The translations under genes and the position numbers were made by a program. Below are positions 1 through 9,139 of a stretch of DNA of 18,302 nucleotides, piece by piece. A model generated the notes under the pieces. That model was not told where the DNA came from. It did no database searches and saw only the letters and a list, made by a program, of their open reading frames with translations. Position 1 is the first letter of the stretch. Each line of letters opens with the position of its first letter. The stretch spans positions 44,401,140-44,419,441 of the forward strand of contig JANKJI020000004.1 in NCBI GenBank assembly GCA_024626585.2, in the 5' to 3' direction. The DNA comes from Ginkgo biloba (lineage: Eukaryota > Plantae > Ginkgophyta).

Positions 1-3000
1 GACAAGTTTGGTACCCCCATCAAGTTCTTCTAAAGGACCCTAACGGTTTGCGCTGCATCCTTTTAATCTAGATGCTACGGTGGAAATCCAAATGTTCTCA
101 AGGAAAATAAATGTTGAATTGTTTCAATCATGTATATTCAAACATAAGAGATTTATTTCAAATGCTAAGCATATACAAATGATCAAAAAATCACATTTAA
201 ATGCTTGAAGATCCCCAAGAAAACCTTGCTTCAATGGGAGACCATCGCTCAAAATGGGGTTTTCAAAAACCTACCTTTCAATTTCTACCTTCAATTCTAT
301 TTCAGGATGAAAGCCCAAGTAAGCCCTCAAAAAATATTTTTATCCTCTCAATTTATGAGAATTTTTGTACAAACCAAGAAGTCATACATTATTACAAAGA
401 ATTTGTGGACTTGATGATAAACAAGACCATACAAGGCCATACAAGACTTGAATGATAAAAATGCTGAAAATTTTGTGGGCAGACTTAGAGGCCTTAAAGA
501 AGCTTGAAGACATTTGCTAGCACAGTGGATGAGAATAAGTGTGGAACCAAATTCAAACAGTAAGGGGAAATCCTCTTCCAACACTGCCAAGTGAATTGTG
601 TTGTCATGCCTGTTGCATTTGCTTAAGTCAAACCTGGTCCAATGTCCCTAGAGTGGTGGGATTATTAGTGGTAATATGCATGCTGTATCCACCAGGAGGT
701 ATAGCTCCAACTACCAAACCCTATGCTTCATACTTGCATTTTGTTCACTCATGCCTCCACTATCCAACTCAAAAACTATAGTAACCACAAAAACTAAGAT
801 GTGAATGTTAATTGCATTTGTAGTTTATTCAAAAAATGTTGAAGGCTTATATTCAGGTGACCATTAGATCCCTAAAGAAAAATCAAGGTAAAAAAACAAG
901 TAGCTAAACCATTAGTGGATACTTTCTCTGATGTATAAAAGAAAGATAAAAGAAGTTTATAAATACCATTTTTCTGGTGTACTCATGGGATTATTACTTA
1001 AATATAAATCCACCATTATAGTGGTAAAAAATTATTAGAATATGTAATGTAATCGGATGGGTATGGTTGAATTATATAAGTTGGATTAAATATACAATTA
1101 TTTGTTGGTTTTGGACTTGCATATACCCATCATTATATTAAAGGATTTCACAAATTACAATAAGAGAAGACGTTGTACTTAGGTCATCCTCAATTACTTA
1201 TGTTCATAAATATAAAGTTAGAGTTTATAGTAGTCTAAATATGGGTCTAAATTTGATATTAACTCCATTATTTCTTACTAATATAATAATTACATTAATA
1301 TATAATTCTAATATATATTCATTTTCTTAAAATCAATGCNNNNNNNNNNNNNNNNNNNNNNNNNNNNNNNNNNNNNNNNNNNNNNNNNNNNNNNNNNNNN
1401 NNNNNNNNNNNNNNNNNNNNNNNNNNNNNNNNNNNNNNNGAATTAGTTATAGAGTAGTATCAAAATGTATAGTATGTACATAGTGGGTAGTGATTAATTA
1501 GTATAATTATTTAAATTCTTAAAACTCCTCTAGGGGTGGGTAATTAAAGTTTGGTATGTAGGTCTTGATTCCCTCTTGAGCAGCTTATTATTTTAGTGGT
1601 GGAATATTCATTTATATTTATTCCTAGCACTTGTTCTATAGGATAATATAAATTTACACTCTTGTAAATACAAATACCTATGAGTCACTAAGAAACTCTA
1701 ACTAGCCCTCCTCTATATATGAATGGATAATTATCATTTTATTTGATTGGCTTTGCTTCATACTTGCATTTTTACACCCTCTTACCATTGGGACAAGGCT
1801 ATAGTGTATCCCATTGCTTACAAAACATTCCATTATAATATTACCTTTAAAGCCTTCTAAATATTGCAGCAGGTGCAAAACATTCTCGTTCTACAAGTGA
1901 CAACTTCAATCTGTAACCACTTTGAAACAGCAAACACTGCCCATTCAAAGATCGCACTTTCTATAACAAGGAGCGTGCTTGGGCGAGCTTATTACCATTC
2001 AAATAGGCTCAAGAATGACCTCCTTGCAGCTAAGAGTTGTTCATAAATAGTTTAAATTTATCTTCAACAGGAACCTACCACACCAAACAGCATATTATTG
2101 AGACCTGTTAAATAGAGTCATTTCTAAACATTTAGTTGGACTAGCTTCGCATTGGAGTGAAAAGGTACATAAAGTCGCGACGAACCTCCCCTCAATGAGA
2201 GCATACCAAATTTTATTTTGGCCAATTTTTTTATTTTGCAAGGATACACAAAACAAACCTCATGACAAATCATCGGATTTTTAGCTTTAATCCACACTCG
2301 ACGCTACCTTCTAAAATATAATCCCTCAAAGTGGATATCATCAATGAATGATGAAGGGAAAATATTCACATCTAAACGTGCCTCCGAGGTTGATACATAT
2401 TTTAACTGAAAGGACAGCATTAACCCCGCTCAGATAACATAAAACACCCAAAGCCCAAGTGATTAGTGTGTCTCTGACATCCACTTATTGCTTAAACTCC
2501 AGGAGAGGCTAAAAACGCAATATACCCTCACATCTTACCAGCGCCTATAGAACAGATCAGTCATTTCTGTTATGGCTGATGTGAGGAATTCGAATTCGTT
2601 AATGAAATCCGGGTGCCGTAAAAAATAATTTTTTTTTTTTTTTTGAAAAGAAAACAAGTACAAAAGGATTATTGTAAAACAGTACTGCTTTTATTTCTCT
2701 TCACTCAAATTTACTTGCATCCAACTTGAGAAAGTTATACCTTGAGGTTTGTTTTGCCTTGTTTTATACTCAGATTTAGCAAAAGGTGTAGGCTTACAAC
2801 AAATACAAGACTTGGGGACTGGTTGAGTTACAACACTTATAAATGAATATCTGGGATTTATCCACAACAAATATACATGTGCAATAAATGAAAGTTTACA
2901 CTACGGTACTGGAAAACCTAGCGAAATTTGCATTCTGGAAAAGAATATCAATTGGGTTTGATACTCTCATACTTCGTTATAGCGGGCTTCAATAACAGAA

Positions 3001-3115
3001 CAACAAAAAGCGGGACAGCAGCCTTATGCAAACACAGAAATGATCAAGTCTAACAACAAAACAAGTTGTGAGGTGCAACGAACACAAAGGAAACCGGAAA
3101 AACATAACCAGAAGA

Positions 3116-3254
3116 GTATATTTGTGGTGTTTCCCGGGCCAAGGGCACAGAGGCAGCCGTTGGTCAGAATAGCCACAGTATGTATAGCGCCCAAGCCATT
3201 ACATCGCAGGGCACGGTGGAGATCTCTCCAGCCCTTGATATTGGTAATGGGCGC
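3116..3254 (-). ncRNA. snoR80: Box H/ACA snoRNA, two-hairpin 25S rRNA pseudouridylation guide (plant snoR80-like)
   Basis: Hairpin 1: lower stem GCGCCCA/UGGGCGC; pocket arms UUACCA and AAUGGCU pair with 25S GGCCAUU[UU]UGGUAA; H-like box AUACAUA 15 nt after the pocket (3179-3185). Hairpin 2: lower stem UGUG/CACA; pocket arms GCUAUUCU and GGGAAAC pair with 25S GUUUCCC[UC]AGGAUAGC (yeast Psi960-equivalent); AUA box 14 nt after the pocket (3119-3121). Family name is from memory of the snoR80 UUACCAA...CGAUGUAA signature and its clustering with snoR37. Confidence 0.85.
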
Positions 3255-3264
3255 ACGGTATCAG

Positions 3265-3354
3265 CTAATGCTCAGACAGCCAAGGGTAATCTTCAACTTC
3301 TGGAGTACCAGATCAGAAACTCTAGTCCATATAATAGCTTCATCACTGCATTAG
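3265..3354 (-). ncRNA. snoR37: Box C/D snoRNA, dual 25S rRNA 2'-O-methylation guide (plant snoR37-like; combines U52/snR78 and U53 functions)
   Basis: Minus strand reads CUAAUGC-A-GUGAUGA (box C, 3340-3346)...GGACUAGAGUUU-CUGA (D', 3313-3316)...UUGAAGA (C'-like)...CCCUUGGCUGU-CUGA (D, 3272-3275)-GCAUUAG. The 7-bp terminal stem CUAAUGC/GCAUUAG is perfect. The guides are complementary to conserved 25S rRNA GACUCUAGUCC and ACAGCCAAGGG. The D+5 rule predicts U in GAC[U]CUAG (yeast Um2421/human Um3904 site) and C in ACAG[C]CAAG (human Cm3848 site). Family name is from memory. Confidence 0.93.
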
Positions 3355-3549
3355 ACTCTTCTCAATACTAACAGCATCGCCGACCAAAATACAAAGATTC
3401 ATATGAATGCAAGCACAAAGAGAAAAAAATCAAGCAAACCAACTGAAATCGCCCTCTGCAAACATCAACTTACCCTTCCCCCGCGGTGGCTGTGGGTGGC
3501 TACCCCTGTAGACTGGAAGCAGGAACCCTCGGAATTTGTAGGCAAAGCT

Positions 3550-3581
3550 TTAGGGTTTTTGCCATGTCTCTAGTTAGGGTT
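3550..3581 (-). promoter_or_regulatory. Two telo-boxes (AAACCCTAA at 3550-3558, AACCCTAA at 3574-3581) near the putative host TSS, with a site-II-like GCCCA at 3623-3627
   Basis: Motifs read directly from the sequence. Telo-box plus site II is the established promoter architecture of plant snoRNA and ribosome-biogenesis genes. Confidence 0.7.
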
Positions 3582-3629
3582 ACCATTCTAGCGGCTTTGA
3601 CATTTCAAGGCGGGATTAGTCGTGGGCAA

Positions 3630-4290
3630 GTTTCTTACAAGAAGGTCTCATGGAGACCGCTAACATGGCAAAAATCAAGAGCATAAAATTGTTTGTGGTC
3701 CCATGGAATGATATCTTCACCTACAACAAAATTGGTAGAACATGTTTTTTTTAAGCATTTGGAAAAAAAAAAAAAAAAATGATTGGGAGAAAAAAAAATA
3801 GTGCAACTACATGTGATTCGTATGTGTTCATTAATCAGCACTAAGCGTAGTCCCCTCTCCAACAACCACTAAGAACAAACTACCAAAGTAATCAAAACTC
3901 CATGATAAACAGAAAAAGATTATTTTTATTCATGTGTATGCAAATTTTCAACTTCATGGGACCACTTTTTTTAATAAATAGAAGCTTAGCGATTTCCATG
4001 GGACCAAGGATCAAATTTGACAAGCAGGGTCTTCCTTCCTTGTGAAGGGCTATTTGCATTATAGCCAAATAAAATGTTAGGAATGATCTTTCCCTTCATA
4101 TGTTATAACAAACAAACAATTAACCTGTGAATTTGAAAATTTATTCAAATGATGCCTTTCTTTTGACAAGTACAATTTTATTGCATCTTTTCATTTGAAA
4201 GATAAAAAATTTAGAGCCCTTCTATGACAAGTAAAATTGCCTTTGAAGGGCACTGAAGCCTTCCAATTTGATCCTTGCATGGGACCTCCT
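3630..4290. repeat. Degenerate inverted-repeat (MITE-like) region with a repeated CATGGGACC motif
   Basis: TGGTCCCATGGAA (3696-3708) is inverted at 3994-4006. CATGGGACCAC at 3955-3965, CATGGGACC at about 4278, GGTCTCATGGA at about 3644. CAAGGATCAAATT (about 4005) is inverted at 4265-4277. Confidence 0.45.
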
Positions 4291-4391
4291 TNNNNNNNNN
4301 NNNNNNNNNNNNNNNNNNNNNNNNNNNNNNNNNNNNNNNNNNNNNNNNNNNNNNNNNNNNNNNNNNNNNNNNNNNNNNNNNNNNNNNNNNN

Positions 4392-5340
4392 GTGAAAAAC
4401 TCTCCATGAATCCCCTTTGGTCATATCCCCCTCAATGAGATTAACCCATAGCACCATATACTAGCCCCCTCCTGGTAGGATGGCACATCAATTCCTTCCC
4501 CCTATGGAATCAATGGACCCCATTACTTTGTCCATGAGATGCAAAAATTCCTTCCTCAATTTTTCTAACGATACCCAATTGGCCTAGTATGAGTATTGAT
4601 CCTTTCTTCTAATAATGAATGAGTCCAAAGCATAAGACCTTATCTTATTATATTGACGCTTGAAGACTATATCCTATTACAAAATACATGAATTATGTAG
4701 ATGGTTGTGTTTAGGTCATCTTTATGGAATATTTAGTAATGGTGGAAAATTTAAGATGACGTGATTAACATGCTCTACTCATTAGGTCATCTATAGTCTT
4801 AATTGATGGCTAATCAATTTAAAAGTTAGATAGTGTACCAACCTATAGTTAAAAGTTAGATCCTTGAGCAGAAGGGAAGAATATTTCAAAGAGTAAGATA
4901 AGTACTACATTGTATCTAGGCATAACCGAGAGTCAACAATGGAGTAACTTCAACAATTTTATTTTTTTGGCCATTAGAGGGGGTTGTGCACTATGGATAG
5001 CATGAATACTAGCCAAAACATTGAGTTGTAGATAATTCTTCGCATACCTTACCTTCCAATGGGCCATTGTAAACCAAGGTTGAGGTAGGGAGATTTATAA
5101 TTGGACCAAATGGTATGCTAATTGCGTGAGTGATTTTTGCACCATAACATAGATGACAAGTCAATATTTTTTGACATCATTGATCATGTATTGTTATTAT
5201 ATTAGATATGGATAAGATGAAGTGGCTTGATTGTAATTTTTGGTCCAGGAGAAAGGATTATGTTTCCTAAGATCAATTCTTGAACCACTTGTCATATGAG
5301 GCACATAAATATTCAACATTCAAGCATTATTGTTTACTCA
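4392..5340 (-). mobile_element. Decayed Ty3/Gypsy (chromovirus-like) 3' end: integrase, chromodomain, PPT and start of the 3' LTR
   Basis: Minus-strand remnants across shifting frames: NIYVP, MINDVKKY..CHLC (integrase zinc finger), GTLSNF..EHVNH (core), and ANWVSLEKLRKEFLHLMDKV (chromodomain-like tail). PPT AGGGGGAAGGAAT (4491-4503) is followed immediately by TGATG (LTR start at 4490). Many stops and frameshifts. Confidence 0.72.
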
Positions 5341-5610
5341 ATTAGGGATCTTAAATGGGGGGTAATCAATGATTGCCTCACTAGAAAACTAATTTAAAGT
5401 CTAGTGGGTGAAGGTGGACTGGAAGTATGCAATCTGTCTCTCTAACTTGATGCTAAAGGGTCAACACGATAAAAAAAGGTTTATTATCTATGGCCATTAG
5501 AGGGGGAGATTAAGAGGAAAATTGTATAGTTGAAAATAATCTTAATGAAGGAGCGTCTTCAAGCGTATTTTATGTCATTCCTTTATAGGCTTGTAGTGCT
5601 TGCGTAGGTT

Positions 5611-5888
5611 ATTATCTATACTATATTCCTAAAAACATTGCTATGTTTGGCCACTCATTTTATTAATAATTATCCCTTATTAATAATTAATAGTGTTAAT
5701 TTTATATTATCTATCTACAATATATATTACTAAAAAAATACCATGTTTAACCACTTTTTTTGTTAATAATTAACACTTATTAATAATAAATAGTATTAAT
5801 TTTATATTATATATACTATATTATTAAGAAAAATATCATGTTCAACCACTCCCTTTATTAATAGTTAGTTGTGTTAATTATATATTAC
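5611..5888 (+). repeat. Tandem array of about three ~100-bp AT-rich units resembling Helitron 5' termini
   Basis: Units start near 5611, 5708 and 5808 and follow the pattern T(C)TATACTATATT..AAAAA..ATGTT..CCACT..TTATTAATAATT..TAGTGTTAATTTTATATTA. The third unit is shortened. Confidence 0.75.
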
Positions 5889-6318
5889 ATAACACTAAAA
5901 AAAGTAATGTCCAACTGTGTCCCTAAAAAAATAAAAATTATTAAAAGTACTATTAACTCAAGTGTGTTCCCTCTTAATAAATAAATACAAATTAAAATTA
6001 AACATATAAATTGAACACCCCCTTCTTAACTACATAAAATTTAAAAAATATCATTCACTTATAATGACATGACTTTAGTGATTAATACCATTTGTTAGAG
6101 GATGCTCTATTGGATGAGAATTTGGGATTCAAATTACAATGACATTTAGTTCACAATTGAAAAATGATTTGCTAGATGATGCTCAAGTATTATTCCATAG
6201 GAAAATGCTTTTATTTATAAGTAGGGAAATAACATATGATAATTATTTACCATGGGCAATGGACTGGTTATTTGATAAAAAAATAATGTTCAACCAACCA
6301 TCCTCCCTCCCCATAATT

Positions 6319-6400
6319 ATCTATCTATCTATCAATATCTATACTATATATTTAAAAAAAATCCATGTCCGTCCTCCTCGCCCCCCCTATGATTGTCCAA
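6319..6400 (+). mobile_element. Helitron-like 5' terminus (A|TCTATACTATATATTTAAAAAAAATCCATGTCC)
   Basis: TC start at 6338 preceded by A, followed by the TCTATACTATA motif typical of plant Helitron 5' ends; preceded by a TATC microrepeat; related to the units at 5611-5888. Confidence 0.5.
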
Positions 6401-6539
6401 TATGAAAAAAATAAGAAGAATGTAATGTGATCACTTACTGTAGATATATCATGCATATTTCCTAAGGTATTCATTAATTCAAGCATAGACTTGATATGTG
6501 AATTGAATTTCTTACTGCCAAACCATTAATATGATAATT

Positions 6540-7260
6540 CTTCAAGCAAAAACTTGTGATGTGGATTGAATTTGCCTTTTTATAGATCGAGAAAATTCCA
6601 ATATGATCGATGGTAACTTCAAAGGTAATATGTGACATTTGAATTCCATAATCTATATGACACCATTACAAACATAGGTCATAACCAACCCAACTACATT
6701 TATTAGAGGCAAAATCAATCTTGGAATAAATAAGACACATGCATGCATTGTAGAACCCACTCTTTTAGGAGAAAATATTACATTCACAATCATCCACAAG
6801 TAACCATGTGAGTGCATATGATGTTGTGTCTCTACCTGCCAAGATAAAAATGATCACAATCTCTTAAAGATTCTTCATGTGATTATCCTCTAATCTCTTA
6901 ATTTGGTTTGGTATCGATGGCAGAAAGAAATCTAGACAAAAGATCTTAATACTTAGGAGTAGATATGTGGGAGATATTTTCCTTTCTTTGTTGAATAACA
7001 TGTGTAGCAAGAACAAAATAACATCTACCATATAAACTTCAAATGGTGTTCATATCAAGAGGCATTACACTTCAAATAATAGTGAAACAATAATAGGGCA
7101 TATAGAAAATATTTTTGTCATGATTGTCGGTCACCCTTGCTATCTTGGCGCGTTAAATTCATTAAGCTAAATTTTCCTCTAATTGTTCACGGTAACTAAT
7201 ATTAGGTTGTTGATATTTTAAGCATTCTCTATGGTATTATGTCACATGAATCGAGTAATA
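6540..7260 (-). pseudogene. CYP94: Cytochrome P450 pseudogene fragment, CYP86 clan (CYP94-like)
   Basis: Colinear motifs on the minus strand: *RKI*LNEFN (about 7152-7181; cf. QRKIASHEFN), KFIW, ATHVIQQRKE, DLLSRFL (from 6945), L*EIVIIFILAGRDTTSYALTW (6804-6869; I-helix AGRDT signature), MHAC..PRL, VTYY, LEF, GKFNP..KF. Multiple stops, frameshifts and deletions; no FxxGxRxCxG heme motif found. Confidence 0.85.
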
Positions 7261-7926
7261 AAAGTTGGGTGGTGCGAAAATAATATGGGAAAAACTTGCA
7301 TTAGAAGGGTCTCTAAGTGACACATTTTCGAGCTAAGGAGATGCATATACAACTATGTTTAGAAGAGAAGGTAAGACAATTTAATCCTATTACTACTAGC
7401 CTTTTTTCAGCAAGTAGAACACTCTAATTTTAGCATTGCGAATTTGTGTCTTGTTAAAAATTTTCACATTGTTACAAATATCTCAATTGTACCATCATCA
7501 TCATCACAATAGATAGGAGTAAGGAAAGAATAGCATACAGGATACCAATATTTCCAAATCATATGGAGGATGCCAACAAAATCATTGATTCTAAGTTGTA
7601 AGAGTGACAAGAAAATATGTCAAAAGAAGTTAAAGATGTGATGAATTTAAAATTTAAAATTGGCATGAATGACATGAAGACATTTTTGTAGAAACTCATT
7701 AAGAATCAGGGAGAGGTAATCAAGAAAAATATAGGAGGAGACTTACATTATGCCTCTAGAGAGAACTCTAAAACTAGAGGGAAAATGAAACTAGAGGAAG
7801 CCTCTAGAATTAAGGGAAGTTTTGATGAAACTTATGCCATGAAGNNNNNNNNNNNNNNNNNNNNNNNNNNNNNNNNNNNNNNNNNNNNNNNNNNNNNNNN
7901 NNNNNNNNNNNNNNNNNNNNNNNNNN

Positions 7927-8075
7927 TCAAGTTCTATAAGATAAGAGGGTAACCTTAGCCACATTTCATATGGACTTCTAATGGTACTAGTGGGTCTAAA
8001 GAAGGAAGGAAATAGAAGTTTCCTACATATGGGATAGTTTTGTGGAAGACATCAATGCATAGTATAATAATGCAT
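7927..8075 (+). mobile_element. Ty3/Gypsy gag (retrotransposon gag domain) remnant; probably extends upstream to about 7560 across the gap
   Basis: DKRVTLATFHMDF*WY*WV*RR...IWDSFVEDINA* matches the pattern KV.LASFHM.G.A..WYQW......W..F...L..RF. Confidence 0.65.
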
Positions 8076-9139
8076 GAGATCAGGATTATTTTAGCCAACT
8101 GGAAAAAATATGACAAATGGGCATAGTCATGGTTCACACTCAACACCTATTCCANNNNNNNNNNNNNNNNNNNNNNNNNNNNNNNNNNNNNNNNNNNNNN
8201 NNNNNNNNNNNNNNNNNNNNNNNNNNNNNNNNNNNNNNNNNNNNNNNNNNNNNNTGACATAAATGACTGCATCTTAAGAGATAGATGCTTCCCAAGATTC
8301 TAGAATTTAGACTCATAGGGTGAATTCTTAATTGATTTTCTAACTAGATTTTGACCCATAAATGGGGCCACTTTAATATGGATATTTAATGTAAGGATAA
8401 ATCAAATTAAAAGAATAATACCCAAGAATAAGGAATGGATTGAATTTCAAGTGTAACAAAGGAGGACCATACCACACAATCGAGAAATTCAAANNNNNNN
8501 NNNNNNNNNNNNNNNNNNNNNNNNNNNNNNNNNNNNNNNNNNNNNNNNNNNNNNNNNNNNNNNNNNNNNNNNNNNNNNNNNNNNNNNNNNNNNNNNNNNT
8601 GAATGGTTGAGACGTCACACAAAGTTGATAACTAACTACCCTTAGTTTTTACTATGTCTCAAATAGGCAGTTGTATGATAAAAAATGGTATGGCTGAACA
8701 AGCAGCTAGAATCAATGAACTCCTCCCAAAGGAAACATGATGGTAGAAAGGATGGGTTTTAAATCATAATATTTAAGTAGGAAATGGTTTTGCAGAAACC
8801 CTAATAAATCTAAATATCTCTCTTGAACCAGAGGTCATAATTTTATTTTATTAAATGTGTTATTAGATCCATGGAAACATATCAGAGTTTGGATGTCTTA
8901 GGCCTTCTAAGTATAAATCAACTAAATTATACTAAGATTATGGACCTGAATGAGTTATAAACCTTCATTGAGATTAAGTTCAGTTTCGCTTTATTTTGTA
9001 TTTCAGAAATTAGAGTTTGAGGAATTAAGGTTCTCAAATCCTCCAGACTTGATAAAATATAAAGTAGGGATAAGTGGAGATTGGGTCATATTGAAGTATG
9101 TTTCTCATTATTAATTGAGGTTTTCCTAAATCCCCAACT

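Larger units (their letters stand above)
2750..3590 (-). ncRNA. Probable spliced non-coding snoRNA host transcript (intron about 2935-3473 carries both snoRNAs)
   Basis: Consensus donor AAGG|GTAAGT at 3473, U-rich intron body, acceptor TATTCTTTTCCAG| at 2935 (alternative TTTTCCAG at 2909). Exon 1 has only a 21-aa ORF (3500-3565, MAKTLKLCLQIPRVPASSLQG*). Transcript ends are estimates. Confidence 0.6.

Noticed and set aside
201-560. Possible LINE endonuclease-RT linker remnant (GDH...KPTFQF...GRLRGLKEA)
   Set aside because: Similarity too weak to call without a profile search.
2525-2552. CCCTCACATC as a snRNA USE with TATA
   Set aside because: Imperfect match to RTCCCACATCG, wrong spacing to TATA, and no snRNA body follows.
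3040-3371. Plus-strand ORFs of 104 aa and 63 aa
   Set aside because: They are antisense shadows of the GC-richer snoRNAs and show no recognisable protein motifs.
3500-3565. 21-aa minus-strand ORF resembling the start of a transit peptide
   Set aside because: It stops before the splice donor and overlaps a telo-box; no downstream coding exon was found. A micropeptide is not excluded but has no support.
4968-5506. 16-bp direct repeat TGGCCATTAGAGGGGG (4968-4983 and 5491-5506)
   Set aside because: One copy lies inside the colinear integrase remnant, so it is not a target-site duplication; no function can be inferred.
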